Shown piece after piece: positions 12,375 to 22,744 of a DNA stretch of 64,000 bases. Source of the DNA: Syntrophales bacterium (GTDB lineage: Bacteria > Desulfobacterota > Syntrophia > Syntrophales > UBA6807). Below the pieces are notes generated by a model that did no database searches, was not told the DNA's origin, and saw only the letters and a program-made list of their open reading frames with translations. Made by a program: the position numbers and the translations under genes. Where the stretch lies: assembly GCA_040767195.1 (NCBI GenBank), contig JAXGPA010000003.1, positions 96,001-160,000 on the forward strand. Direction: 5' to 3'. Each line of letters opens with the position of its first letter. The stretch's first letter is position 1.

Positions 12375-13334
12375 GTGGAAGAAAAAATCAAGCTCCAACC
12401 CCTCGACAAAATAGAGATTCTCACGCTTCAGGACAATTATGTCGAGGTGACCGCCATGGACAACTCGGAGGTCGTCAAGCGGGCGACGGCCATCCAGGAC
12501 AATAAAATTCAAAGGTCCATCAGCGCCGAGCACGGGTTTAGCGCCGTCGTGAGGGCCCACGGAAGTTCCGGTGTGAGGACCCTCCTTTTCGATTTCGGTT
12601 TTTCCGAGAAAGGCGCCGCCGAAAACGCGAAACGTCTCGGTGTGGACATGACGGAAGTCGAAGCCATGGTCCTTTCCCACGGTCACAGCGACCACACGGG
12701 CGGCATCGAAACCCTGACGGGGATGATAGGGAAGAAGGGCATCGAACTGTTCCTTCATCCCGGCGCGTTCCGGTCGTCGAGACATCTCAAGTTCCCCGGG
12801 GGGCTTGAGTTTGCGTTTCCCGAATTTACCCGGGAACGGCTGGAGAAGGCGGGCGTCCGGATTGTCGCATCCGAACGGCCCCGCCTCCTGCTCGACGGGA
12901 CCGTTCTCTACCTGGGGGAGATCGAGAGGACGTCCGATTTCGAGCGCGGCATGCCCAACGCTTTCCGCCGGGAAGAGGGGGGTGAGACCTGGGACCCCAT
13001 CGAGGACGACACCGCCGTGGCTTTCCATCTTCGGGGGAAGGGGCTCGTGGTCCTGTCGGGATGCTCCCATTCGGGGATCGTGAACACCGTCACCTACGCG
13101 CGCAAGATTACGGGGATCGAAAAAGTTCACGCCGTCATGGGGGGGTTCCACCTTTCCGGTCCGGCCTTCGAATCCATCGTCCCCAGGACGACGGAAGAAC
13201 TGAAAAAGATGAACCCGGCCTACGTTATCCCCTGCCACTGCACGGGACGGAAACCCATCCATTACATGGAAAAGGAAATGCCCGAGGCTTTCATCATGAA
13301 CATGGCGGGAACGCGCCTCACCTTTCGAGCCTGA
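12375..13334 (+). CDS. MBL-fold hydrolase (dihydropterin-ribofuranosyl-aminobenzene-P synthase-like family)
   Basis: AEHGFS, LSHGHSDHTGG, GCSHSG, GGFHL, PCHCTG. Confidence 0.85.
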   Translation: MEEKIKLQPLDKIEILTLQDNYVEVTAMDNSEVVKRATAIQDNKIQRSISAEHGFSAVVRAHGSSGVRTLLFDFGFSEKGAAENAKRLGVDMTEVEAMVLSHGHSDHTGGIETLTGMIGKKGIELFLHPGAFRSSRHLKFPGGLEFAFPEFTRERLEKAGVRIVASERPRLLLDGTVLYLGEIERTSDFERGMPNAFRREEGGETWDPIEDDTAVAFHLRGKGLVVLSGCSHSGIVNTVTYARKITGIEKVHAVMGGFHLSGPAFESIVPRTTEELKKMNPAYVIPCHCTGRKPIHYMEKEMPEAFIMNMAGTRLTFRA

Positions 13335-13426
13335 GGAAAAGACGGCGGCATTCGGCTTAGCGACAGTCCCTTTCGTCGGCGGCTTGATACAAAGATTTCC
13401 AAGGCCTGTGGCGTCTCACGGGGATC

Positions 13427-14212
13427 TTACTTCTTTTTTCCAAGGAACCGGGCCAGGCTGTCGTACTGGGGCGGCATGGCCGGCTCGCACAAAATGTTGA
13501 GCGCCGGAGTGGGTACGCGGTTGGCCCCGGCCCTGTGGCTTTCCTCCAGGCCCCGGGCGAAGCTCCCGAAGAGGCTTTTCGGCACGGCAAAACTCATCTC
13601 GAAGTCCTGGGTTCCCGCGAAGGCCCTTTCCCCGCCCCCGGGGAGGATCACCTGGTACCGACCCGTCACGATGGGGAGAATAATCTCGTACCCGCAGTTG
13701 GCGCGGCCGGGGAAGGAAGAGGCGACGGGTTCCCCCGTCTGCCAGAGAGCGCCCTGAACGCAGCGGGCGATCTGTGACGGCATGCCGTAGATGACGGCGA
13801 CGTCAGGATCGAAATCGGCGCGCCCGCCCCCGGCGATGATGATCGTTTGGGCTTTCCCCTGGGGAAGCTGGGGCATGGCGTTTTGAAGGCTTATGCCTCC
13901 TTCCGGTGTTTCCGTGTAAAGGGGGCAGGCGATCTCGCCGTCCATTTCAGGAGGGCGTTTGCCGCCGAAGCCGAAAAAAGACATCCCCACGGCACACCCC
14001 CAATCCTCCTCGTGAAAGGCGATTTTCCAGCCGAACCGCCGGGCCAGGGCGATGCCCTGGCAGAGGGCCAGGGAATGGCCGAACGCCGAAAGGGGGGTTC
14101 GGGCCTTCGGGACCGCCTCCTTTCTGTCAAGGACGGCCACGGCCACCGGAAACGTGAGCGGTTTCACGTACCGGTCCACTGTTTCGCACAAATTCTTCCA
14201 TTCCATGGTCAC
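13427..14212 (-). CDS. DUF169 family protein
   Basis: PVAV, LCQGIALARR.GW, C..G, PGGGER pattern. Confidence 0.75.
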   Translation of the reverse strand: MTMEWKNLCETVDRYVKPLTFPVAVAVLDRKEAVPKARTPLSAFGHSLALCQGIALARRFGWKIAFHEEDWGCAVGMSFFGFGGKRPPEMDGEIACPLYTETPEGGISLQNAMPQLPQGKAQTIIIAGGGRADFDPDVAVIYGMPSQIARCVQGALWQTGEPVASSFPGRANCGYEIILPIVTGRYQVILPGGGERAFAGTQDFEMSFAVPKSLFGSFARGLEESHRAGANRVPTPALNILCEPAMPPQYDSLARFLGKKK

Positions 14213-14348
14213 CTCTCCTTTTGTTTTTTGCCGTTGACCATAACACGGAACGAAAAGGGAAGGAAAGCGCCGGCAGTGTGATTTTTTTCGTGAAACGGGA
14301 CGAATTTGAGGGTAATATGACGGCAGCTTAATGGAGGAGGTTTAAATA

Positions 14349-14852
14349 ATGAAGAAAACCGGAATGATCGCCATTGGGGTCCTCATCGTGGCGATTTTAA
14401 TGCCGTTTACGGTCGTTTCGGGAGGCGGCGGGATGGAGGATGAGGTGTTTTACAACGACAGGGGCCTCACCCACTACAACAGGGCCTATTATGATTTCCT
14501 GGCGTCGGGTAGGACGGCGCTGGCGGACGAGGCGTTCGAAAAGGCCGCCGCCGACTTCCGGGAAGCCATCAGGATCAACGGTGACTTCGTCGAGGCCTAT
14601 CGCAACCTGGGCCGGGTGTACACGGTCCAGAAGAAGGACGACCTGGCCGTTGAAGCTTACAGGAAGGTGGTAGCCCTGGATCCGGAAAACGTGGAAAACT
14701 ACCTCCCCCTGGCATCGTCCCTGCAAAGGGCCGGGCAATGCGGCGAGGCCCGGGACGTCCTGGCCCGGGCGAAATCCCTCACCGCGGACCCTGCGGTTCG
14801 AGACGCCCTGGACAAGATGATCGAAAAAATGAAGGATCTGGGGGAGCGTTGA
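14349..14852 (+). CDS. Exported TPR protein
   Basis: Signal peptide; TPR repeats (AYRNLGRVY, AYRKVVALDP). Confidence 0.85.
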   Translation: MKKTGMIAIGVLIVAILMPFTVVSGGGGMEDEVFYNDRGLTHYNRAYYDFLASGRTALADEAFEKAAADFREAIRINGDFVEAYRNLGRVYTVQKKDDLAVEAYRKVVALDPENVENYLPLASSLQRAGQCGEARDVLARAKSLTADPAVRDALDKMIEKMKDLGER

Positions 14853-16183
14853 TGAAGCGGTTATTGAAATTATTCCGGAGAGGCGTCACTATCATCGGCT
14901 GTTTTCTGATCCTTTCGTCGCTTTTTTTCACGTACGGGGGCGCGGCGGAGGCGGCGAATCCCGAAGGTGCCTATTACAGTGCCGTTAACAACCGGGTTTT
15001 CTGGTTCGTTGTCGCCGCCGACACCCATGTCGGCAAGAAAAACGGCCAGGGTGAGGCGAACCTCCAGTGGCTTCTGACAGAGGGCCGAACGGTCATCGAC
15101 CCTTCCTTCATCGTCCTGGCGGGGGACCTCACCGATTCCAGCAACGGAGGGCTTTACCCCAACGGACCGTGGCTCGAGGAGTGGATCCGCTACCGGAACA
15201 CCGTGGATGGGGCGGGGGCGACAGCGGACTATTTTTTCGACGTCCCGGGAAACCATGACGAATACAACGACGGCGGCCTGTCCTTTTACCGGAATCATTC
15301 CGTTCAGGGCCGGGCCACGGGACAGACCCAGGCCTCGTGGACCCGGACGTTTTCCTTCGGCACCTATCATTTCATAACCGCCTGCACGGCCGGTAACGAC
15401 GGGGCCCCTTTCAGCATTTTTCCCCCGACCTTCGGAGATCACGCAGGGCTTGACGACGGGGAGATCAATTTCATCGAAAACGCCCTGGAACTCAACAAGG
15501 ACGCCGAACTCAGTCTCATCTTCGGTCATCACCCCCTGGTGAAACCGGAACTGTCCCCGGAAAACTGGACGGACACGGCCCTGACCTACGGGCTTGAAGC
15601 GTTTACCGGGCTCATGGACCAGTACGGGGTGTCGCTCTACGGTTACGGTCACACCCACATCTACCAGGAGCAGTTTTTCGTGGAGGACATGACGGAAGGG
15701 GTCATTTACCTTAATACGACGGCCCTGGGGGAAGTGAAAGACAACGCCTACGCCCTCGTGGCCGTGGACTGCAATGGAATTTCCCTGCGCAGCCAGCCCG
15801 TCGGGAGCTGGCCCCTCGTCCTCATAACGGCCCCCCTGGACCCGAATCTCGGCATGGAAAAGGATCCTTACACATACGACATTCCCCGGGTCGGGCCGGG
15901 AAACCCCGTCCGGGCCCTGGTCTTCGACATCAATCCCGTCCTTTCCGTGGAATACCGAATCGGCGGGCAGGGGAGCTGGCTCCCCATGACACCCGTTCCC
16001 GGAAATTCCCGTCTGTGGGAAGCCGAGGCCTCGGTCGACCTGGCCGACCAGTCTCATATCGTCGAGGTTCGGGCGACAGGGTCGACCATCCAGTATGACC
16101 GGATTCCCACGGGAGACCCCCCGGAGCCGGTGGAGGAAGAAGGGGGGAAGGGCTGCTTTATCAGGACGATCGGGGGGCGATGA
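14852..16183 (+). CDS. Exported calcineurin-like metallophosphoesterase with C-terminal GCFI motif
   Basis: DTH, GDLTD, GNHD, GHH, GHTH motifs; signal peptide; ends PPEPVEEEGGKGCFIRTIGGR. Confidence 0.85.
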   Translation: MKRLLKLFRRGVTIIGCFLILSSLFFTYGGAAEAANPEGAYYSAVNNRVFWFVVAADTHVGKKNGQGEANLQWLLTEGRTVIDPSFIVLAGDLTDSSNGGLYPNGPWLEEWIRYRNTVDGAGATADYFFDVPGNHDEYNDGGLSFYRNHSVQGRATGQTQASWTRTFSFGTYHFITACTAGNDGAPFSIFPPTFGDHAGLDDGEINFIENALELNKDAELSLIFGHHPLVKPELSPENWTDTALTYGLEAFTGLMDQYGVSLYGYGHTHIYQEQFFVEDMTEGVIYLNTTALGEVKDNAYALVAVDCNGISLRSQPVGSWPLVLITAPLDPNLGMEKDPYTYDIPRVGPGNPVRALVFDINPVLSVEYRIGGQGSWLPMTPVPGNSRLWEAEASVDLADQSHIVEVRATGSTIQYDRIPTGDPPEPVEEEGGKGCFIRTIGGR

Positions 16184-16976
16184 GGCGCCTCGTCAAACCG
16201 AACACGGCCTCCATGTAGGCCCTGAATCCACGAAGGAAAAGATCATTGTGGTTGGCCCCGGCGATCTTCAGAAAACGCTTTTCCTCTGAAGGGCAGGCGG
16301 CGAAGAGAGCTTCCCCGTCCGACAGGGGGATGATGTGATCGTGTTCCGCGTGGATGATGAGGACCGGCTTTTCGAAGGTGGAAATCCGGGAAAGATTGAA
16401 ACGGTCTTCTCTTTCCGTTATTTCAGGGGGGATGGGGGTTGCCCCGACAAGACGGAGAAGGGGGACGATCCGGGCGAACCCGCTTTCGATGATGAGCCCG
16501 TCGATCCGGTCCTGGAAAGCTGCGGCGATCTCCAGGGCCGAGGCGCTCCCGAGGGATCTTCCCATGACGACGAGAGGGCCGCTGAATGATTCACGGGCGA
16601 GAAGATCCAGGAAAAAAGTGAAGATTTCCCGTGCGTCGCCGAGCATGGCCGATACGGTGGGAGACCCCGTTGAACGGCCGTACCCCCGGTAGTCGGCGAC
16701 GATGAAATTGAGACCGAGGCCGGTGTAAACGGGGGCGAGATCATCGTAATCGGCTGCGATCTCACCATTTCCATGAAAGAAGAGAACATGGGGACCTTCC
16801 CGATTGTCCCCGTGAAACCGGGCCCCGACGACGTCGCCTCCGGTCACGGGAATGAGATAATCCCGGCTTCCCGGCCGCGCCCCCGGGCCGCTCACCTCGG
16901 GCCTGGGATGGAAGAGCCTCTCGGAAACCAGGGGCGTGTCAAGAAAAGTGAGATTTGAACGATCGGTCATGATCAC
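16161..16976 (-). CDS. Alpha/beta hydrolase
   Basis: HGNGE, DYRGYG, GRSLGS, GANHND. Confidence 0.9.
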   Translation of the reverse strand: MIMTDRSNLTFLDTPLVSERLFHPRPEVSGPGARPGSRDYLIPVTGGDVVGARFHGDNREGPHVLFFHGNGEIAADYDDLAPVYTGLGLNFIVADYRGYGRSTGSPTVSAMLGDAREIFTFFLDLLARESFSGPLVVMGRSLGSASALEIAAAFQDRIDGLIIESGFARIVPLLRLVGATPIPPEITEREDRFNLSRISTFEKPVLIIHAEHDHIIPLSDGEALFAACPSEEKRFLKIAGANHNDLFLRGFRAYMEAVFGLTRRLIAPRSS

Positions 16977-17013
16977 ACTCCTTCCTCCTTCCTCCGTCCA
17001 CCCGTCCCGCCCG

Positions 17014-18744
17014 TCAGCTCGAAACGGCCGCGTCCCGCAGCTTTAATTGAATGGTGGATACGCCGTTCCAGCGGTTCGTCTGGGGCGTGAAGGCGATGTC
17101 CATCCTGTCGCCGCAGGACATCTGCCGGAAAAGGTGGGCTTTTTTGAACCAGATGGACCCGTGGGAGGTCTCCCGGTCCTGGACCTGCATCTTCAGGTGG
17201 TTGTTTTTCAAAACCACCGGGGATGTGACCCGGATGTCCCGGGCACAGAGAACAGGCTCCGGGTTGGCGTTTCCGAAAGGGGCGAGCTTAGCGAAATCCT
17301 CCATGAGCTTCCATCCGATCTCTTCGAGGCCGCACTCGGCGTCGATGGACGTCCGCGGAATGAGTTCGGAAAGATGGATGCTTTCAAGGATGGCCTTGTT
17401 CAGGGTCGAAGACAGTTCGTCGATGTCTTCCTCCCGGATGGAAAGTCCCGCCGCGTAACGGTGGCCGCCATAACCGAGAAGGAAAGGCTCGCAGGACTTT
17501 TTCAGCCACTCGTAGAGATTGAATTCGGCGATGCTTCTTCCCGAACCTTTTCCGATCCCCTCCCGAAGGCTGATGAGAATGGCGGGGCGGTAAAACCGGT
17601 CCACCAGCTTCGAGGCCACGATCCCGATGACGCCGGGATGCCAGCTTTCCGACGCGAAGACGAGAAAACCCCGTTTACGCAGGCTTTCGTCGGACCGCAT
17701 GCGAAGGAGGATGTCCTCGAAGATGTTCCGCTCGATTTCCTGGCGCTCCCGGTTGAAACCGTCCAGGCGTTCCGCCAGTCTCGCCGCTTCCAGCGGGTCG
17801 TCAGTGAGAAGGAGGCGGACGGCATCTTCCGCGGACCCCAGCCGGCCGGCGGCGTTGATTCTCGGCACCAGGTAAAAAGACACGTCGACGGCGTCCAGGG
17901 GGCCCGACGGGGCATAGGTCGCCCTGTCCTTCAGGGCCCGGATTCCCGGACGTTTTCCCTCGTTGATGAGATCCATGCCGATCTTGACGAAGATCCGGTT
18001 CTCGTCGAGAAGGGGAGAGATGTCGCCCAGGGTGCCGATGGTCACGAGGTCGAGATACTCCCGGAGGTTGGGATAGGGTCTGCCGGTCCAGAAACCGGCC
18101 GTTCGAAGGGTTCCCCGCAGAGCGATGAGAAAATTGAACACAATGCCGACGGCGGCCATGTATTTGAAGGGGAAGGGGCAATCGGATCTCTGGGGGTTGA
18201 TGACGGCCGCCGCACGGGGAAGGCTGTCGGGCACCTTGTGGTGATCAAGAATGACCGTGTCCACACCGGTGGACCGGGCGTATTCTATGGCGTCGTGATC
18301 GGTGATGCCGCAGTCCACGGTGATGATCAGCCGGGCCCCCCGGCTCCGGATATCATCCACGGCTTCCCGGTTCAGGCCGTACCCCTCGGAAAGGCGATGG
18401 GGAATGTAGTAGGAAACCCGGGGGTGAATTTCCCTCAGAAATTTAACGAGACAGACCGTGGACGTGATGCCGTCGGCGTCGTAATCCCCATAGACCGCAA
18501 GGGGTTCCTTCCGGTAGAGGGCCTCCACGACCCGGTCCACGCCCCTTTTCATGTCAACCATGAGGAAGGGGTTGTGAAGATCCGCCAGGACGGGGTTGAA
18601 AAATTTTTTCGCCCGGTCTGTGTCGACAATGCCGCGGTTCACCAGGATACGGGAAGTGAGCGGCTCTACACTCAGTTCTTCCCGAAGCGCCCTTTCGGCG
18701 TCTCCATCGGGCCTGGGAAAGTTCCACCGGGTTGTGGGAATCAT
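17014..18744 (-). CDS. recJ: ssDNA exonuclease RecJ
   Basis: GDYDADG, ITVDCG, DHH, PRINAAGR, GSGRS, GGH, PFGNANP. Confidence 0.96.
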   Translation of the reverse strand: MIPTTRWNFPRPDGDAERALREELSVEPLTSRILVNRGIVDTDRAKKFFNPVLADLHNPFLMVDMKRGVDRVVEALYRKEPLAVYGDYDADGITSTVCLVKFLREIHPRVSYYIPHRLSEGYGLNREAVDDIRSRGARLIITVDCGITDHDAIEYARSTGVDTVILDHHKVPDSLPRAAAVINPQRSDCPFPFKYMAAVGIVFNFLIALRGTLRTAGFWTGRPYPNLREYLDLVTIGTLGDISPLLDENRIFVKIGMDLINEGKRPGIRALKDRATYAPSGPLDAVDVSFYLVPRINAAGRLGSAEDAVRLLLTDDPLEAARLAERLDGFNRERQEIERNIFEDILLRMRSDESLRKRGFLVFASESWHPGVIGIVASKLVDRFYRPAILISLREGIGKGSGRSIAEFNLYEWLKKSCEPFLLGYGGHRYAAGLSIREEDIDELSSTLNKAILESIHLSELIPRTSIDAECGLEEIGWKLMEDFAKLAPFGNANPEPVLCARDIRVTSPVVLKNNHLKMQVQDRETSHGSIWFKKAHLFRQMSCGDRMDIAFTPQTNRWNGVSTIQLKLRDAAVSS

Positions 18745-18866
18745 GAACGGCCCCTTCCTGTTCTCAAAAATAACCAAGTTTGTTTCTCTGTGTATATGAA
18801 CGATGGACCCCGGCGTGTCAAGCGGGAAATCGGGCGGATTCACAAATTATCCCTTGATCTTTCGCA

Positions 18867-19130
18867 GTGCCGGTGTTACAAAAATCCCGTCCGGAGGAAC
18901 CGGTGGCCGCATCGTGGTGTCGAAAAATCGTCGAGGTCAAGCGCCGGGAGATCTCTTACCTGAAATTCATTCTCGAGGGTTATGACGGTCTCGTCACGGT
19001 GACGACGGTGGACGGGAACCGCGGGTGGGTGTCCTTGAGCTTCCCCCCTTCCGTATTACCCGACGTGGAGAGAGTTCTCGAGGCGCTGAAAGAGGAAATT
19101 GCCCTTGCCGAGATAAAGTTTCCCCCTTGA
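18867..19130 (+). CDS. DUF4911-like small protein
   Basis: RREISYLKFILEGYDGLVTVTTVD signature; start uncertain. Confidence 0.7.
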   Translation: MPVLQKSRPEEPVAASWCRKIVEVKRREISYLKFILEGYDGLVTVTTVDGNRGWVSLSFPPSVLPDVERVLEALKEEIALAEIKFPP

Positions 19131-19143
19131 GGAGAATGGGTCC

Positions 19144-19593
19144 ATGAAATCATCACCCCGTTTTTATCTCTTGATGATCCTGCTGCTCGTTCCGCTGGTC
19201 ACGGGCATGGGGTCCCTTTTCGGTGACGAGCCGGCGGGCAAAATCCCCGAGCCTGATGAAAAACAGGAAGCCCTCTTTGTGGATCAGATGGGGGTGGCCA
19301 CGGCCTGCCGGGACGTCAGCATCGACGGAAACACTTACATAGAGGGAAAGAGGGGTTCAGGAACCTACACGGTCCCCTTCGACAGGATACGGGAGATCGT
19401 CTTTTTCATGAAAGAGGGGGTCTTGAAAGGGGTGGTGAGCCTGAAAACGGGGGATTCGGTGGAACTCGTTTTGAAGAGTGACCGGAAGGCATACGGCAGA
19501 ACGGCCTATGGAACGTTCCGTATCCCCCTGGGGGAACTCCGAAAGATGTCCTTCTCCCCGTCGAACGGCGGGGAAAAGGAGAAGGAGAAATAA
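19144..19593 (+). CDS. Exported hypothetical protein
   Basis: RBS GAGGAG, hydrophobic N-terminus. Confidence 0.75.
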   Translation: MKSSPRFYLLMILLLVPLVTGMGSLFGDEPAGKIPEPDEKQEALFVDQMGVATACRDVSIDGNTYIEGKRGSGTYTVPFDRIREIVFFMKEGVLKGVVSLKTGDSVELVLKSDRKAYGRTAYGTFRIPLGELRKMSFSPSNGGEKEKEK

Positions 19594-19623
19594 AAAATCC
19601 CGGTCCCGCAGGGGAACCGGGAT
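19592..19623 (-). terminator. Intrinsic terminator downstream of rpmB
   Basis: Minus strand ATCCCGGT..ACCGGGAT hairpin followed by a T-tract. Confidence 0.75.
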
Positions 19624-19640
19624 CGTCTCAACAGGGTTTT

Positions 19641-19838
19641 TCAGAGCGCCTTCTTGACGAATCCCGACTTGATGCACCGTGTGCAGACCTTCATCCGCTT
19701 CACGCCCCCCGTCTTGGGGTTGACGACACGAAGCCGCTGAAGGTTCGGGTACCATACCCGCTTCGTCTTGTTGTTCGCGTGGCTGACACTGTGCCCCACG
19801 GAGGGCTTTTTACCGCATACTTCACAGATTCGAGACAT
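19641..19838 (-). CDS. rpmB: 50S ribosomal protein L28
   Basis: [31 protein letters not shown]. Confidence 0.98.
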   Translation of the reverse strand: MSRICEVCGKKPSVGHSVSHANNKTKRVWYPNLQRLRVVNPKTGGVKRMKVCTRCIKSGFVKKAL

Positions 19839-19908
19839 TTTGGGCTGCTCCTTCCGGAAATTGGAGAGACTTCATAAAACATATCGTCCAACAATTCAAG
19901 CTTTTTCT

Positions 19909-21210
19909 TCATTTCATCACCGGGGGCTGACCGGTGGCCTCCAGGACGCGCATCCATAAGACCCCCTGGGGATCCACTTTTTTCCGCTTTGTCACCGTCT
20001 TTATGGGCAGGTGAACGTACTCGCCGTTGTAAAGCCCGACCACCATCCCCGTTTTTCCCGCCATCCCCGCGTGGACGGCGTAATGACCGAGTAGCTCGCA
20101 GTACAGGCTGTCGATGGCCCCGGCGGGAACGCTGCGGATCGTGTAACTCGGGTCAAAATATTTCAGGTTGATTTCCCAGTTCCGTTTCTCGAAAAATCTT
20201 TCGATTTCCGTCTTCAGGTGAAGACCGATATCGAACAGCCTGAGGTTTCCCGACGCGTCCCGGCCCTGGAAACCGTCGCTGGAGAAGAAGTCCTGGCCGG
20301 CCCCTTCGGCGACGAGAATGACGGCATGCCCCCTTTTCCTCAACCGCTTCGCCAGCACGGAGAGAAACCCCTTTTCGCCGTTCAGGGCGAAGGGAACCTC
20401 GGGGATGAGGACATAATTGACGTCGTTCTGGGCCAGGGCGGCCGACACGGCGATGTGACCGGACTGCCGTCCCATGATTTTAACGAGACCGATCCCGAAG
20501 GGGGCCCCCTTGGCTTCCACGTGGGCGCATTGAATGACTTTTACGGTTTCTGAAATGGCCGTGTCGAAGCCGAAAGTCCTGTCAATGAGATTCAGGTCGT
20601 TGTCTATGGTCTTGGGTATTCCTATAACGCTTATGGTAAGGCCTCTGCCGGTGATTGTCTCGGTGATTTTCTCCGCCGCCTTCATCGTCCCGTCGCCGCC
20701 GATGCAGAAAAGGAGGTTGATGTCCCGGGCCGTCAGCGTATCCACGATGGCGTCGATGTCCTGCCCCCCCCGGGAAGAGGACAGGATGCTTCCTCCCAGT
20801 GTGTGAATATCCTTGACATAATCAGGAGTAAGCGGGACCACTTCATGACCGTAGCGGGGAATGAATCCCTGGAGCCCGTAGCGGATACCCTCGATACGGG
20901 TCACCCCGTATCGATAGGTGAGCTGCATGACCACGGAACGGATGACATCGTTGATTCCCGGGCAAAGGCCTCCGCAGGTGACGATGGCGGCCGTCACTTT
21001 CTGCGAGTCAAAAAATATTTTTTCCCGCGGTCCGGCCACTTCCAGAGAGGCGGGCGCGCCGCCCTGGTCCAGGACGAGATTGTAATCATCGGTGAAATGT
21101 CGGAAGAGAACCCGCCGCGTTTCAGGAACGAACGTGGTGGCGGAAAGAGGGCAGGCGATCCCCGGAACCCCCAGTTGGCGAATGCTGAAATCCGTATTTG
21201 TCTCATTCAT
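19909..21210 (-). CDS. pfkA: 6-phosphofructokinase (ATP-dependent, long N-terminus type)
   Basis: TCGGLCPG, IGGDGT, PKTIDND, MGRQSG, DPSYTIRS. Confidence 0.92.
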   Translation of the reverse strand: MNETNTDFSIRQLGVPGIACPLSATTFVPETRRVLFRHFTDDYNLVLDQGGAPASLEVAGPREKIFFDSQKVTAAIVTCGGLCPGINDVIRSVVMQLTYRYGVTRIEGIRYGLQGFIPRYGHEVVPLTPDYVKDIHTLGGSILSSSRGGQDIDAIVDTLTARDINLLFCIGGDGTMKAAEKITETITGRGLTISVIGIPKTIDNDLNLIDRTFGFDTAISETVKVIQCAHVEAKGAPFGIGLVKIMGRQSGHIAVSAALAQNDVNYVLIPEVPFALNGEKGFLSVLAKRLRKRGHAVILVAEGAGQDFFSSDGFQGRDASGNLRLFDIGLHLKTEIERFFEKRNWEINLKYFDPSYTIRSVPAGAIDSLYCELLGHYAVHAGMAGKTGMVVGLYNGEYVHLPIKTVTKRKKVDPQGVLWMRVLEATGQPPVMK

Positions 21211-22666
21211 GACGCGTACCTCCAAGAATCGCATCGGCTGAAAAAATACCCGAAAGAATCTCCCCGTCGAAACCCAGCTCGGGAAACTGGAGGCCGCCGG
21301 TGAGAAAGACCTGTTCCAGAGGCGTTTTCGAGGGGAAACCGGACAGGGGGGAAACCCAGGAGAGAGGAGCGCCATACTTGTGGTTCAGCATTTCCTGGTA
21401 CTTCCGAGAAAAATCCATGGACCAGGACGGGTCCAGAAAGACCAGCCTGTCTCTGAGGAAGGGTAGAAAAACCAAAACATTCCGGAGCACGGTCTTGAAA
21501 ACATCCTCCAGTTCGGCGTCGCCGAGCCTCCACGGTGACTGGTGAAGGAAAACGGTTGCGGAAAGGGCCCGACCGTCGCCGCCGAAGGACGCTTCGTTCT
21601 CCCCGGGACCTGCGCTGAGATAGATGAGTTCATGGGCCATCAGGGGGTGTTTTTCGTTTTCCAGAAGAACAATGGACCGTCCCGCCTGCTCGGGAAGCGC
21701 TTCCTGCCGGATGCCCATGTGGAGCGTCAGGGGATACCCGGTATGGAAGACTCTTGACCACTTCTTTTCAAGGGCTAAGAAACGGGTTCCCCTCAAGAGG
21801 ATCGGGCGCAGTTTCTCCCACTTGGTGCTCAACACGGCCCTGTCCCCCTCTATGGTCCAACATTCTCCGTCCCGGGACAGGTCCACTTCAATGCGGCGCT
21901 TGACCCGGAACCTCATGACCGTGCACCCCGAAAGAGAGACACTCCCCCCGGAGGAACAGAAACCTTCGAGAACGCGATCAAGCTCACCTTTCTCCCCCCA
22001 GATTCGCCTTCCTCCCCCGAACGAGGCCATAAAGGCGTAAGGGGAAGAAAAAGGAGGCTTCTCCGCCAATGCGGCATTGGAGAACAGAAACCCGTTCGCA
22101 TGGAGAATTTTTCCGAGCCCGGGGTGGGACTCTTCCAGGCGCTTCCTTGTTCTGCGGAAGCCAAGCCCGTTCTGTTTCTGAAGGGCCAGGTTCTTCAGCG
22201 AAAAAGCCGGGGTTTCGGTCATCCGGCCTGGCGCTTCGAAGGATCGGGAAAAAACATCGTCGAGGCAGCGGATTATTTTTTCCCCCCTGGCGTATAGTTT
22301 CTGCCAGAGGTCGGGGGAAACGTCGAATTCCCGGACGAATTCGGTGACCGTTTGCGCAGGATCGTCGAAGAGGTTCAGGCGATGGTCCCTCAGGATGAAC
22401 TGTTGACCCGGACCAGCCGGATCCCCCGCCGTCGCGGAAAAGGGGATCCCCCTTCGACGGAGCCCCTCCACGGCCAGTCCGTTTGAAACCACGCCCGGTC
22501 GGGGCAGGGGATCGGCATCGAAGAGGAATCCCCCTTTTTCGACGCGGCCCGGCATAGAATTTTCACTGAGGCGCAGGGTTTTCACTCCCGCCCTGGAGAG
22601 AACGGCGGCCGCCGTGAGACTGCTCAAGTCGCTCCCGATGACGATGCAATCGTAACGCTGGTTCAT
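21203..22666 (-). CDS. Phytoene-dehydrogenase-like FAD/NAD(P)-binding protein (divergent)
   Basis: YDCIVIGSDLSSL..A..LS N-terminus, GF.FD, C-terminal TPL..VFLTG...P.LG. Confidence 0.65.
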   Translation of the reverse strand: MNQRYDCIVIGSDLSSLTAAAVLSRAGVKTLRLSENSMPGRVEKGGFLFDADPLPRPGVVSNGLAVEGLRRRGIPFSATAGDPAGPGQQFILRDHRLNLFDDPAQTVTEFVREFDVSPDLWQKLYARGEKIIRCLDDVFSRSFEAPGRMTETPAFSLKNLALQKQNGLGFRRTRKRLEESHPGLGKILHANGFLFSNAALAEKPPFSSPYAFMASFGGGRRIWGEKGELDRVLEGFCSSGGSVSLSGCTVMRFRVKRRIEVDLSRDGECWTIEGDRAVLSTKWEKLRPILLRGTRFLALEKKWSRVFHTGYPLTLHMGIRQEALPEQAGRSIVLLENEKHPLMAHELIYLSAGPGENEASFGGDGRALSATVFLHQSPWRLGDAELEDVFKTVLRNVLVFLPFLRDRLVFLDPSWSMDFSRKYQEMLNHKYGAPLSWVSPLSGFPSKTPLEQVFLTGGLQFPELGFDGEILSGIFSADAILGGTRHE

Positions 22667-22744
22667 GATACGAGGTTCCAAGGAAGAAGCCCTTCCATCC
22701 CTGTAACCGGACGAAAAGGCAACGTTGAGGGGTTGACGGGAAAT

